Made by a program: the position numbers and the translations under genes
Notes under the pieces: model-generated
Told to the model about the DNA's origin: nothing
Databases searched by the model: none
The model's input: the letters and a program-made list of their open reading frames with translations, nothing else
Shown here: positions 24,929 to 37,935 of the stretch, piece by piece
How positions within the stretch are numbered: position 1 is the first letter of the stretch
Layout of the letters: each line of letters opens with the position of its first letter
Origin: Takakia lepidozioides
Taxonomy: Eukaryota > Plantae > Bryophyta
Direction: 5' to 3'
Length of the DNA: 64,000 nt
Assembly (NCBI GenBank): GCA_030704615.1
Contig: CM060733.1
Coordinates: forward strand, 44,764,001-44,828,000

Positions 24929-26555
24929 CAATGATTATGGGCGCATCGCTCTCCACTGTATGCATTAACTTGCATCGAAAACACCCAACAAAGAATGAGC
25001 CTCTTATAGACTCTGACATTGCATTGCTGTTTCAGCCACTGTTACCTCTGGGCATCAGCATTGGAGTAGCCTTCAATGTTATGTTTGCAGATTGGATGGT
25101 CACTCTTCTTCTCATTGTACTGTTTACAGGTACCTTCTGAAACCTACAAATTTCTCTCTACTGCTGTTCATGGAATGTGTCACCTGCACATCATAAACTC
25201 ACAATATGCATCAGTGGTTTCATTCCGGCCAATTATCCATATGTTTCCATGATGAGAACGACACTTATGCAAATACTCGGATGGATGGATGCAGTGATTT
25301 CCAGGAATGCTTTTTGTAGGGCAGTTTCTGTGTGGAATGCAGAAAAGTCTGCAGAGGTCAGCTTTGGCAACTCACAACTCATATTAGAAACATTTTTGTC
25401 AATTAATGGCACAATTTTGAAGTAGATGAGGGGTCATGCTAACACTGGAGGTGGGTGGGTTAAAATGAGACGAAGATATACATTGTTTTTGTTTCTGGTG
25501 CAGCTGGTGGTGGACATCAACATTTTGTTCTCCAAAAGACATCAGTACATGGGGGTTTAAGGTTTAATTTGAGGACAACAACAGCTCAGAATTCCTGGAT
25601 TTTTCACTGGGGTGCAGGTCCAGCAAACCTCCCTGCCAAACTCAAGCTTAGATGTTAACAAAGCAGGTATTTATTTTACCTTTGACTTTGGGCGATGTCA
25701 CATGGAATAGCTGCGATCTGTTTGTGTCAGTGTATATAGTACAATATAAAGGTGGGCATCTTCATAGGGAATTGCTAGAATGCATCCAGGTTTCAGTCAT
25801 GGCTTGCCTTGCATCGGGGGTTTTCTCTCAATAGCTGTGCTTCTTTGCAGACTGAATTTCCCAGTGGATTCTGGGAAAGTTAACATAACTCTCAAATCGT
25901 ACGTCACATGTATCCCACTTCACTTGTCTGGTAAATTGAAGAAATTGTAGCGTGGAACAGATTTGTGGAGAAGGTTGCAGCCCTTGAGTCTAACAACAAG
26001 TTATTCGAACTTCTGTAGATATATAGCCACGGTGGAGTCAGAGTATGCGGCCCTTCCCTTACCACCCAGTGGTAAGTCTTCAATGGACCTCAACTTGTGC
26101 AGATGCGCATGTAGGTTTCTATGCATGTTTAGACCAGTATGTTATGAGCTTCTGCAGGGAGGAAGTTGTGGTGCGGGCATTCAATTGAAGTTCAAGTCAC
26201 ATGAAGGGATCACCAGTGGTGTGCAAGACTGCACGATGGAAAGAGATGGGGCTGCTTTGTTTCGTCTGGCTTGTGTTCCTCATCCTGCAAATTGTTAAGG
26301 CGAGACCTCAAACACTAGATGATTGGATTTTATGATAGTGTACTTTGTTGGGTTTACCATATGCTTTACTAACTGGCCGCTATACCCCTTGACAGAGTTT
26401 ATTCAGGAGTTTTTTATGAAGCTGGTGGAGGCTACAGGCTCATGTATTGCAATCGGACATGCATGACAATGACAAAGGCTTACTTTGTATGCAATGATTT
26501 ACAGACCCATGTACATACCTGCGGCGTCTAGTACTGGGTCCTCAATGTTTTATAG
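24929..26555 (+). pseudogene. Internal exons of a sulfite exporter TauE/SafE family gene (plant type), with introns, stop codon and truncation
   Basis: MIMGASLSTV..HPTKNEPLIDSDIALLFQPLLPLGISIGVAFNVMFADWMVTLLLIVLF (24929-25129), NAFCRAVSVWNAE (25295-25356), WKEMGLLCFVWLVFLILQIVK, TCGV*YWVLNV. Confidence 0.75.
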
Positions 26556-27264
26556 GTGTGTGGGCAATCTCCTGTGTCCATTCTTTGACTTAAATCAAGC
26601 CATCTGTAACTTAATTGAACTTCAGCATGTTTAGGCATCTGTGCATTAGAGTGCCTGTCTGGTATGGTGATATTTTTCTGCATCACCCTTTTTTTGCACC
26701 TGGTAAAGACAAACATTTTTGGTAGAGGTTGCCGGGGCGGCTTCATCTCGACACTTTCTGACCCATCCTCTTTCCTGTTGTCTGACCTTCTTCAGGACAA
26801 TAGAATAGTTTGATATCTAGCTCTATGAGATTTTGTTTCTCCTCTTGAGGACAGTTTTTCCCATTTGTACAGTCACCCCACTCGGATCTTTTTTATAAAC
26901 TTTCAGGATCTTCAGAGCCGCTTCCCAACTGTTCTTCTGCCCTCGCTAGCTGATTGGTCTGACCTGACATTTGATGAGATATGCACCCGAGAAATGGAGG
27001 GACGCCAAAAGCTGAGGGCGACAGTCAAGCATCTGCCTACAATCAAACCCAATAGTGGCCAAGAGCTTGTAATAGAGAATGGTGAGTATTCTCCCAGAGG
27101 TACTAACGACAGTGGAAACCAGTGACATGGGGGTGGTGTTTTTTGAGGCTGGGCCGGAGTGCGCCATTCGTGGCAAGGCCATGCAGTCACCATCATTTCT
27201 CTGCAAAGCAGCTTGCAATGAGCTCTTCTGTCAAAACTGCTTTCCTGAGTTTCATGTTACACCA

Positions 27265-28196
27265 CGCACAGGGCCAGAGACAGTCATCAAGTACCTGACC
27301 GATGGCTGCGAGAGATTCTAATCGATGAGCATGTTTCTTATTCAGTGATTATACTTGATGAGGCCCAGGTGCATACCATCAGTACTGATGGTCGGTTTGG
27401 GCTCCTGAACGGATTGCTAAAGCGCTGGCCTGATTTGCGGCTGAATGTCACGTCAGCAACTCTGGATGACGACAAAATCTCAGGTGCTCTTCCAAGCGAA
27501 ATACACAATTGGACCTTTGAACCTGCCCCTCCTGGAACGAGAAAGGTGGTGGTCGCCACCAATATGGCGGAGGCTCCTCTTACCTTCGATGGGATCCAAT
27601 ACGTGGTCGCCCCAGGGTTTGTGAAGCAGAAATTGTATAACCCGAAGCTGGGCCTGGACTCCTTAATCATCAACCCAATCTCCCAAGCTGCAGCACAACA
27701 AAGGGCGGGAAGGACAGATCGAACCGGGCCTGGCAAAAGCTACCGTCTTTCTATAGATAGTTCATACGAAAATGAGATGCTGCCAACAATGGTGCCAGAA
27801 ATTCAAAGAACCAACTTGGGTTTAACCACATTGATGATGAAAGCTACCAGGATCCATGACTCTCTCTCATCTGGTTTCATGGTCCCCCCCCCAACTACAG
27901 GCACTTATCTCAGCGATGGAACAAAGATGGCTGTCTTTCCATTGGAGCCATACTTGCATGCTGCAAGCTTTGTCAACACAGAGAACAAGGAAGAACTTGA
28001 CTTGCAGATCTTCCATGGAGAATCCAAGGAAAGGGAAACTCCGTTGACAGAATACATTCCAGAACAGGAGGAATTGCTAGACGAGGCAAGACAGCAGTCC
28101 CTGGTCGACTTCAAGGAGAAGAGGAACATAGGCTTATTGGATATGTTAACCTCAAATCCGACTCCCGAACAAAAGCTAAGAACAATGCTCACATGA
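27265..28196 (+). pseudogene. PRP22/DHX8-like DEAH-box RNA helicase fragment, internally deleted, fused to unrelated sequence
   Basis: TGPETVIKYLTDG, IILDEAQ, TSATLD, FEPAPPGTRKVVVATNMAE, QQRAGRTDRTGPGK, PEIQRTNLG; region between SAT and ALPSE is missing and motifs are degenerate. Confidence 0.8.
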
Positions 28197-30934
28197 TCAG
28201 AAAGTGCTTCTGCTTAGACGGTCCAGCATACTGAAGAAAGATAAGGACCACATTGCTTGGCTCTTGACTGGGATGAGTGAGATGAATCACACAGTGCAGA
28301 AGCAACATATGGAATTAACGGCCGATCCAGAATGGGGGAGGAAGTTTGGAGAATGGGTGGTGAAATTGCCCTGATTACGGAGCTGACCACTTCTGCCCGT
28401 GTGCGGGATATATCAGCCAACAAATGACAGCAAGCATGTATCTCCTCTGCATGCACAAACACAACAAGACAGGCCATCCAGGGAAGTGACCTTACATGCT
28501 GCGTGTGATGCCCATTCTACCTCTCACTTCAAATCATTGTGTGGCTTACTTTATATTCCCCCTTTTTAATTTCCGGACAATCTTCTAATGGACAGCATGA
28601 ATGAACAGTTAATACGAATGGGCAGGTTATTTGATCATGGAACATACTCCCTGCACTTTACCAATCTTGGTATAAACCCATTTCAGCGGTTCTCTAAACA
28701 GCTAATAACCAGGGAAATCAATCAACTGTGGAGAACATAGTCTGGAAATAATAATCGGCCAAACCTACACCTTCGCAACTCAAGCAAAACATTTCCCAAA
28801 TTCGTAAAACTAAGTCCATATTTGTAGAAACATTTACATTTTAGAAAATTCAATAGCCCCCAAAAAGCTGAAGAGAACTTATTTGTCCACCACTACATTG
28901 TTAAAGTCACTCCACCCATACAACGGAGTACAATTGTATAATTTTCTGAGGTGGTAAGTTACAAAGGTACCTTACCTTTGATGCAGTCACTGGCAAGGAT
29001 CTGAATTTGCAGAAAGTTATTCACCTCTGTGGCTGAAACTTCCATTTTCCAATTGTAAACAGGTCATTTCATTGCTACATTACTCATACATTACACATAC
29101 TGTATCTGCAGGCTGGAGCATGTTTTGCAGAGCAATCATGCTTCTGCCACCCACCAGCTAAAATGCTAGATCCTAGAAGAGCAGGACACTCACAAAGGAA
29201 CAAAAAAGACATTGCTAAAGAAGCATAATTTATGGTGTCACTTAACCGGCTTCTGCCCTTATGGCCAAATGTTGGTTATCCCCTTCTCTCAATAAGGACA
29301 CAACATCTAGGGACCACAAATGGATCGAAATTGTTCCATTCGACGTCTACTTCCTGTTTACCATCAAGTACATCAACAACTGACAACCAGTACTGTTTTT
29401 TCACCTGACAGCTACACACACTGGGAAACATTAGAGATTGGATAGGCTGATTACACTTCGACTTAATGGTACATGTCTCAATGCCGTCATTAGATTCCCT
29501 TCACAGTGAAGGTCTGCTGAAGAGTGCCAATGGCAGCATACAAAGAATCCAAATCCCAGGTCAGGAGGATAGTGGACAGAGGTTTGTCCCTGATTTGAGA
29601 GGTAGTATCTTGAATTGCTTATAACTTCAACATATCGTAAACCTGAGCCATGTGAGCGTTAAGCAAAGATGACAGACAGTCAAATCCAAGGTAAAGAAGA
29701 GCAAATGACCAAAAAAAGCAAGGGACGGACAAAACATCAAAGAAAAGAAACAACAACAAAAAGGACCAATTCACCAAAAAGAATCAAGACTATCAACCAT
29801 ATTTCATAACCTCTCACTCACTGACTACATGAGTTCCCAGTAGATGATACAAAAGGACCAAGTTCATGTGCAAAAACGACGCAGCAAAGACAGTTTTTTT
29901 ATCATTCAAATCAAAGAAAACTGACTAAAAACCACTAAGAGATAGAAAGACAACCTTAACTACCTAACAAGCATAAGTGGGCTAAATAAAGCTCCCCTTT
30001 ACGACTTGATAAGTCTGCTCTTGATCATTATTAACAGACAAAAGGACTGCAATAAATCCATATTGAAAAGTAGAGAACTTCGCACATAGAGTGTCAGGTA
30101 TATTGGCCAAAGGTCAGATAATTGTAGTCTGTAATTTTGGTCACCAGGTTTAGGTCTGTAACACATGTCATCATTCCATTGGCCAACATACCAAACTCCC
30201 AGGCCCCGATATGCCTAAAAGTGATGAATACAAGTGACATGATGGCCTCCTAGATCATTGTCACCAGATTCAGGAAGTATGGGTGGGGTCTCCAATCCTC
30301 GTTGGGCCCCATGACATATCAAAAACCAAACGCCAACGTCCGCCAGTTCCTATAATTGTAGGCTCAGATTAAAATCTGTCAAGCATATCATCATTCCTTT
30401 GGCTGACATACCACCAACTCATAACCCAGAAAAATAAAGACGGCTCAGTAAAACCATGTGATCCTTGGGGTCTAACCCCCATCACAAAATAGGTAAAGAT
30501 TTACTGCATCATTGCTTTATTCCATCTCTATGAAGGGCTACATAAGGAGGGTGATAACTCACTCGAGATAACAACAGTGATGAGGACAGAAGTGAACTCA
30601 AAAGCTATACGATCTCATCATATAATGCAGACAATGTAGGTAAGTATTAATTCCTAACTGGCCACCACATCAAATCCACAGTACTTTTCAGTACCAGAGA
30701 TATGAAAGAAAAGTCATTCAGAAACATCAACAATAGATTTTTTTTTAAAAATGAAACTAAGACGAGACAGGAATAGAAGAGAAAATAAAAAATGGCTTTG
30801 GCAACCTAGAGACAGATTTCAATCTTCGAGCTCTTTGTCTCTCAGGACTTAGCCTCGAGCTAAAGCCATTGTTACGGACGCGATGTCCTATGATGTGCTT
30901 GTTGGTGGGGCTGTGTTGTACCCCATGGAATTTA

Positions 30935-31470
30935 CATGACTTTCTTGAACAATTCTGCACGCTGATCACATGCACGTGCCCACACGTCCGGATCGTCAAG
31001 GTTAAGAACTGTAGCAGCTTCTCTACGAATGGATGTAGGGAAATCCGGCTCCCGGCAAAAGAGAAGAAAGTATGGTGAGAATGAGGCAAATGATGCTTGC
31101 TTGCTGAACCTGTAGCCCATGGCTAACCAGGGTAACTGAAGGTCCCAATCTCCTAGGTGTCCCTTCTGCAAGCCATACTTGCGCAAACCCCTCTTTATTA
31201 TCTGAACAACCCTCTCTGCCAAGCCATCGGCCTCAGGATGATCCCGAGAAGTGGTGCGGTGGTCTACCAAGGCTTTGTCACACAAAGCCTGAAACTCCCC
31301 CAAGAACTCTCTCCTTTGGTCCGTGAGTACCTCAGTTGGAGCACCGAATCGGCTAAGTACACAATCCAAGAATGCATACACAGCTCTCTCACTAGCCTTA
31401 TCAGGTAATGGAACCAACTCGATCCACTTGGAGAAGTGCTCCACCATCACCAACACGTACTGGTTGTGGC
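30935..31470 (-). mobile_element. Isolated integrase-core fragment of the same gypsy family as 41414-41948
   Basis: Near-identical to 41414-41948 (YVLVMVEHFSKWIELVPLPDK..LTDQ..DGLAERVV). Confidence 0.9.
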
Positions 31471-31948
31471 GGCAAACCTTTCTTAGAAAATTCTGTCATG
31501 TTGAAAAGAGATATAGCAGAAATCAGTAATGTATAGTCTATATATAAGTAATATATAGATCTCTTACTACCGCACAAAGACACATGAACAAACTCTATAT
31601 TAGAATTTCCAGGGCCTCTGCCCCCTGTTCTGCTAGAAAACAAAAAAAAGATACATGTGCATGTACATCACAATGATTCTCTAAGATGAGATGGATTTTT
31701 TTCTTAAAAAAAAAATTATATCCCACTCGGCCACTTTAGATTTAATCCAAGACCAAGACCAACTCAAATGCAATCTGATTCTATTGGTCGTTTTCTTGGT
31801 CGAGGGCATTTTCTTGGTCATATCCACTAAGACCAAGAAAGTTAAGAATGACAAGTCTCTAAGTTGCGTTGATTTTGGCGGGAGATTGTTGGTCTACTGA
31901 CCAAACCCATCGAATTTGGAAGACCAATTTTTGGACCCTAGACCATCT

Positions 31949-32160
31949 GCACGCATATATTTGTATTGATTTTTGTTCGAAGAAATTTTGATCTTTGTTA
32001 CAAACAACATAAGAAGAGGCTTGCAAGTTTTTTGGTGAAATTTTTGGGCATTAGGCACTTTGGTCCCATAATTTCCCAACAATTAGGCCAAAATCTGAAA
32101 AATTCACAGAATTGATTAGGCACTTTCATTTTGAATTAATTATCGCCTTGTCCAGGGACG
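31949..32160. mobile_element. Truncated copy (right half) of the TA-flanked MITE at 37427-37935
   Basis: gcacgcatatatttgtattg..ggcattaggcactttggtccc..aattatcgcct..gtccagggac shared with 37720-37935 and 55925-56120. Confidence 0.8.
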
Positions 32161-34829
32161 ATATTTCTACTCAGCCTACGGATGTCGGCCAGCACAATAA
32201 AGTTATCCGTTAAAGTCAAGGGGATGCATGGTGAGCTCGGCCAGTTTGGTCAAAAGATAGGGTGAATAGGGTGGAAGCGGGCCCACAAAGTACAAGCTAG
32301 ATAGAGAGGGGGCCAAACTCAAAATAGCATAAAAACCAGCCCAAATGTGTTTGATCCCCTCTTCCTCCGCGCGGCACCCACCAGGTGCTGAGACACGTGG
32401 ATGAGCCTAACCCCGGGCCCGCGCTCCCATCATGTTGACCTTCCAACTGATGCCGCTTTGTTCATCTCTAGTGCCCAGTTTACTCAAATTGTGCCCATTT
32501 TATTGGACTTAACGAATAGGCTCAATCTGCCTACCAAAGCTGCATGTGGGGATGGATCATAAGGTCAGAGAGAGGGGGGATAACTTTACTATCTTGGGAG
32601 TTTGGCCGCAGATTTTGACTAAGTTGATGGCCCATACAATCAGCATTGACTCTACTTGTTGTGAACCCCCTTGCCTCTTTCCCCTATCAATCCTCACCCA
32701 CAAGGACCCACCCCCCATCACAATGAGTTTTGCAGCAGATCTTGACTCAGCTCATTGCTGACAAAATCGGTAATTGACTTTTACTAATGTCTTGGTCTTG
32801 GTCTTGGTCTTGGTCCATAGCCCAAAGTCGCCAGAAGAGAGATGAGCACTGTGGATATCCGCCCTCACAAGAGCGAAAAAGGTGCATCGCATGGCACTTT
32901 ATGCAAAACCTGGCCTCAGCGTTCAAGAGCTCCGATTCTTTGGCAGGCTGTCTCTCCAACAAGTTCATCAACGCACATTCCTCTACTAACCTCCCCTCAC
33001 AATTCTGGGCATCGCACACAAGAGAGAACACTGAATTCGTATTTACATTTTGGCGGGTTGCTTTTTTAGTACAGGACGTGATCAATCGTATATCTATGTA
33101 TTTACGTACGTACGTACGTAGACGCCTAGGTAATGTATCCATTTTTTTCATTTTCTAATCCCGCTGAATTGTTTTTATCTATCGAGATCTCATCCGAAAA
33201 CATCTTGGGACCTAATTTTGAGACCTCGTTTGTCCAGCATGTTGTCGCTTCATCCAATTCGGAGAAGATGGATTCCTCGTAATCAACTCTTCACTCCCAA
33301 CGATTAAATCGGCAACAAGTTACACTGGTGCTGTGCAGTTTAGTGATTCCAGTTTTCACTCCATAGTGCTGATCATGATGGGAAGGATGCAAGTCATTTT
33401 CCTTTGCACTTTCTCTCTCCCTATGAAGTTCCTTAGTTTCTCACTTTCTCTTAACAATCACCTGTAATGAGCTGAAGTCCGATATTTGAAACTCGTCAGT
33501 CTTCCTAAGCTTGTATAGTTCAACATCTCCATTGCAATAACTGGAAGTAGGCCTAAATTTGGCATGCATATCCAAGAGGTAGTATTCAGAATCATATTTG
33601 GTACAGTTCCAGCTATCATGATGTCACCGTCATCTCTTTGCCCTTTTTGCCAGGGCACACATTGAGCATTGCTCCTTCCAGCATCATCTGATCCTATGTC
33701 TCCAAGGCTTTTTATTTACCCCACCCATGCTTGGTATATCCTGCAATCATTGTAGTCCAAGAAAAATATATTACTCAGGCACTCTGACAACACTCAGTGG
33801 GCATCCAATATGCTCCCATGTTGACCTACATGTTGAGCACTTATGCAAGAGTATTGGAGTCTGCCAAATTGCCTCCTTGTGCAAATGTAGAGCCTCTTTC
33901 AGTTGTCATGCCTCCCACTGTCCTCACCTGCCCGTAAGTGGCACAAGATCTTGTGGACTCCCCCTCTCTTGGTCATCGTTTAGAAGCTTTGGTCATGGTG
34001 GTCATTCCTGGTCTTGTCAATTGATTTGCTGCAGCTTCCGGCGACCATTTACCCATGCACGTTTCTTTCCCTGCCTCAACAACAACAAATGGATCCTCTC
34101 TTTGCTGCTAGTAGCTAACAATGACAAACTAGAACTTTGTGGAGGAAATACTGCAACCCTACTTACCACACACTAGTTCTTCAATGCATCTTCTTGTCTG
34201 CTTCTCCTTCTGCTGTAAAATAACAGGCATTCACCGGCCTCCAGTGTGCCACAATTGATTGGAATTATTGAAATATTCCTTCCAAAGCTTCTCCTCCTCT
34301 CTAATTTCAGGTTTCAGAGATTTGCCTGCAACCCCATTGGCAATAACATGTCAGACTCGGTTAGGACCACTATAGATCCAACCGTCAAGTGGACAGAACA
34401 AGCTTACATAAGAAAAAGGCACCTTCACCTCATTGTGCTTCACCTTGTGTCATAGAGGCAGCTAGCTTTTCCTTCACCCAAGGAGTTTACCTATCAGTCA
34501 GCCCGAAGGACCTCTTGTGAGCGCTGCTTATGTCTATAGTCCAGTAATCTTGGATTGGTATGTGAAGACCACTGCGGTGCAGCCTGGCCAGCCCTAGTAT
34601 TAAATACAGCCTCCTAAGACCAAGCTGACCCTCACACCAGGGAAAACCCTTAGGCCGTAAACTTTCATGGCCTGCTTAGAAGAACCTATGCCAGCAGTAT
34701 TCACGCTTTTGCAGGACAGACAAACTCCTTGACATTATACATAAAGAAAGCCGCACCTTGCTAACACACTTGTCCCACATTGTGAAGGATCTTCAAGAAC
34801 TTTCGCCATCCATGCTCCATAGTTGACCT

Positions 34830-35690
34830 TCACCCCAAAGCAATTGCCAGGTTCTCATTGCGGTGGTTGAGTGAGAGTTTCTTTTGCTCCTCCTCCACAT
34901 CATGCAATATAAAACCTGTATCAGGCACATACCCAGCTTCCTTCAGCTGCCCAGTCAATATCTTGAGGTCAGCTTGGATTTCCTCAATTTCTGGATGCTA
35001 CTTCTCGTCAACTACAGAAAAACATATTACCGAGTGGTTCACCTCGATGCAGCTCTGGCCTGGCACCTTTCTGAAACCTCTCTCTGCCATTAGTTTTCTT
35101 GTCTTTCTTGTGTACTCCCACCTGCCAGCTTCACCATATATGTTCGATATTGGTACATTCGTTGCTGCGTGCTGTGGAGCCAATTTGAGAGAGCATTTGC
35201 TGCATGTTGTGCTAGCTCCACATCACCATGGATTCTGCAGGCCGGCCTGCTGAGCCAAGGAGGTCCATCATGCAGCCAAAATGCTCCAGTGAGGCCATGA
35301 GCCTGACTCATGGATTTAAAGTAGTGATGGCCTTCATCGACTAGGCCTGCATGGCTGCATAGAGAGAAGAGATCCGAAGGTAATATCATCTAGTGTGTTG
35401 CATTTGTTCAAACAGTTGCACGGCCTCCCTACCACACCCATTCTGACCATATCCTTTGATGAACGCATTCCATTAGACCACATCTTGTTCAGCCATCTTA
35501 TCAAAAACCTAACGTGCAGCCTCTACACTCGCACATTTTGCATACATGTTGACAAGGTCTTCTCCAGATTAATGCATGATCCAATCCCAGCTTTGATGAT
35601 GTCAGCATGGACCTCTTTCACCTTTGCACATATCATGCCCTTGAATAGGCCCAGGGATTGAAATCCGGCATCACTCTCCATCAGAGAAAT
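34830..35690 (-). pseudogene. Degenerate PLS-class PPR-E/E+(DYW) gene fragment
   Basis: CSHAGLVDEGHHYFKSM, ACRIHGDVELA, SNIYGEAGRW..RKLMAERGFRKVPGQSCIEV, HPEIEEI..LKEAGYVPDTGFILHDVEEEQKK..HRNENLAIAFG; many frameshifts and stops. Confidence 0.85.
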
Positions 35691-35716
35691 CCGCATCAAT
35701 AGAACGCTGTTACAAC

Positions 35717-36850
35717 CTAAAGAATCACATAGCAAAGGCAAAGGAAGGCACCAATGCCACAAACAACTGCGGCCGTGTCAAGGCGACCTTCATGCCGGAA
35801 CCTCTTATCCTTCATCACACCTTGCACTTTTAGATACTGGTGGTAAGAGTCCAGAACTTCTGCGTGGTCTTTGCTTTTATCGCAAGTCAATGCCCTGGAA
35901 AGTGTTAGGAGACTGTCCCTCCCATTCAAGTGCGTACCTTCCATATCTTCTAACTGCATGCTGAGTTCCGTTAAACGCAGGGTTGTCTTCACCGCGTCCC
36001 CAACCCCAGTGTTAGAAAACCTGCATTTCATGACAATATTGCACTGGTATGCCACCAGCGAAGTATCTTTTCCCGCGGGAAGAATGGATCCAAAACGAAG
36101 CAGAAAGTCTTCGTCACAAGGCCAATGCCGCTGCCCTACGAGTGGCCGCCAACTCGCAAGATTAGCCATTTGTTTGGTCTTCTTATTGATCAAAATCCAG
36201 CTGACTCTCAGGTTGTCCCAGAGCGCTTTCCAAAACTTCCCTTCCTTCCTCTCCTTCTCCACAGATGCGATCGCAGGCAGGTCCGCCACAACTGTCACCC
36301 CTTCGTACTCCTGTCGGTCTCCATAATCTTCCTCCGAAGACTTAAGTAGATCCACTCTGAAAGGACAATTCGAAAACCAGCCAAGAAAATCGTCCGCTCC
36401 AGGAATACCTGAAACAGTTCTTGACAGTACAGATTCTCCCTTGTAGACCACATCGACAATTGAGATAAAATGGGATGCAGAAAGATCGGAGGGCTCTTCA
36501 TCGAACAAGTCGTCGCAGTCCCACCAAGTCTCACACTCCTTCAGACCAAACTCCTCTTCCTTCGCAACGGACTCCTTGCTGATGATAAGAGGGTAGCAGG
36601 ATGCGTAAAACTTACGGAACCCTCCCATCGACGAGACGATGGACTTGACATGCGGGTCCTTGGTCGAGGGCCAATGCGAGGTACACATCCTTTCCCACAA
36701 AACCTCATCCTCACACATATGACGAAATCCAGAGCTAGCACAGCTTGCCGTTGCCAGAGTCACGGCATCAAGCCGCCTCAAAACTTCATACACGAGGTCA
36801 TCACTCAAGGTTCTTCCATCTCTTCTCCCTACTTGTCGGCGAAGCGCCAT
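35717..36850 (-). CDS. Single-exon F-box protein (At2g27310/At2g36090-like family) with C-terminal hydrophobic segment
   Basis: ATG at 36850 gives a 377-aa uninterrupted ORF; F-box LSDDLVYEVLRRLDAVTLATASCASS..LWERMCTSHWPST; WFSNCPFRVDLL, LRVSWILI, NLASWRP, ELSMQLEDMEGTHLNGRDSL. Confidence 0.88.
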   Translation of the reverse strand: MALRRQVGRRDGRTLSDDLVYEVLRRLDAVTLATASCASSGFRHMCEDEVLWERMCTSHWPSTKDPHVKSIVSSMGGFRKFYASCYPLIISKESVAKEEEFGLKECETWWDCDDLFDEEPSDLSASHFISIVDVVYKGESVLSRTVSGIPGADDFLGWFSNCPFRVDLLKSSEEDYGDRQEYEGVTVVADLPAIASVEKERKEGKFWKALWDNLRVSWILINKKTKQMANLASWRPLVGQRHWPCDEDFLLRFGSILPAGKDTSLVAYQCNIVMKCRFSNTGVGDAVKTTLRLTELSMQLEDMEGTHLNGRDSLLTLSRALTCDKSKDHAEVLDSYHQYLKVQGVMKDKRFRHEGRLDTAAVVCGIGAFLCLCYVIL

Positions 36851-37130
36851 TGAATCGAGAATACAGTAAAGATCTGTTCTAGAGCGCAATGCGCGAGGCT
36901 GCGGTTGAGCGAGCGAGGAACAAGTGCAGCAGGGCAGGCAGAGCGTTCCAGCTATAAAGGCCAACGGCCCACAGCTCTCGCAGTCACGACTGACCAATTA
37001 CATCCATGACTCTGTGATTCATCCATCCAGGTGCCATAGTCCACAATAAAAAGTCAAATGAATGCGACGTGACACGTACTTGCGCGGGAGCAGCACCCTG
37101 TCAGTTTGTCAAACGAGGCAACCCCCGCAT

Positions 37131-37406
37131 CAGTGATTTTTTTCTTAAATTTGAAAAATAGCACGAGTGACTACAGGAAATAGCTATATATTCTGTTCAT
37201 CCATTGAAAATTTGGATAGAATCATCCTCTTATGTACTTTTATCCATTTACATCATCCACATTTGGTGAATTCATCCATTATTATTTTTTTCCTTGTAGA
37301 AGTTTGGCGATTTCATCCATGAAAAAATTGGGAATTTACGACAGAATATTCCATTTTAATGTTTTGAGGTCGCCATTTGGCGATTTTTCGCCAAAAAAAA
37401 ACACTG
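37131..37406. mobile_element. hAT-type MITE with 8-bp TSD
   Basis: TIRs CAGTGATTTTTT / AAAAAAAACACTG; flanks CCCCGCAT (37123-37130) and CCCCTCAT (37407-37414), 7/8 identical. Confidence 0.8.
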
Positions 37407-37426
37407 CCCCTCATGTGAGCAAAATA

Positions 37427-37935
37427 CCGTCACTGGACAACCGTTTAGGCCTAATAGTAAATTCAATCAATCAGCAAATTAGGCACGTTTTGAAAACCAT
37501 TTCTCACATTAGGCATCTTAGTGCTATGATTTTTTCAGAATCAGGCACATGAGAAGAGAAAACATTTATTTTCTTAAGAATAAAATTACAAAATAGACAC
37601 CCAATGCCCAAGGCTCCAGCTACCTTTCATTTCCTTTGAAACCCTATTATAATGACATTGTGGAGTCCATGCAAGGGCCTTTCGAAGTTACATGGAGCGA
37701 TTTGTAGGAAGTGATCTCCGCACGAATATATTTGTATTGATTTTTGTTCAATGAAATTTTGATCTTATTACAAGCAACTTCATGAGAAGAGGCTTGCAAG
37801 TTTTTTGCTGGGAATTTTTGGGCATTAGGCACTTTGGTCCCATAGTTTTCGAACAATTAGGCCAAAATCTGAAAAATTCACAGAATTCACTTTCATTTTG
37901 AATTAATTATCGCCTAAATGGTTGTCCAAAGACAG
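37427..37935. mobile_element. Complete MITE with TA target duplication (Tc1/mariner-like)
   Basis: TA|CCGTCACTGGACAACCGTTTAGGC ... GCCTAAATGGTTGTCCAAAGACAG|TA; partial copies at 31949-32160 and 55925-56120. Confidence 0.75.

Noticed and set aside
32747-33151. Cys-containing 134-aa ORF as a transposase fragment
   Set aside because: No motif I can assign; overlaps (GACCAA)n and (TACG)n simple repeats
36851-36997. N-terminal extension of the F-box ORF from the ORF track
   Set aside because: Non-ATG start; ATG at 36850 directly precedes the F-box motif
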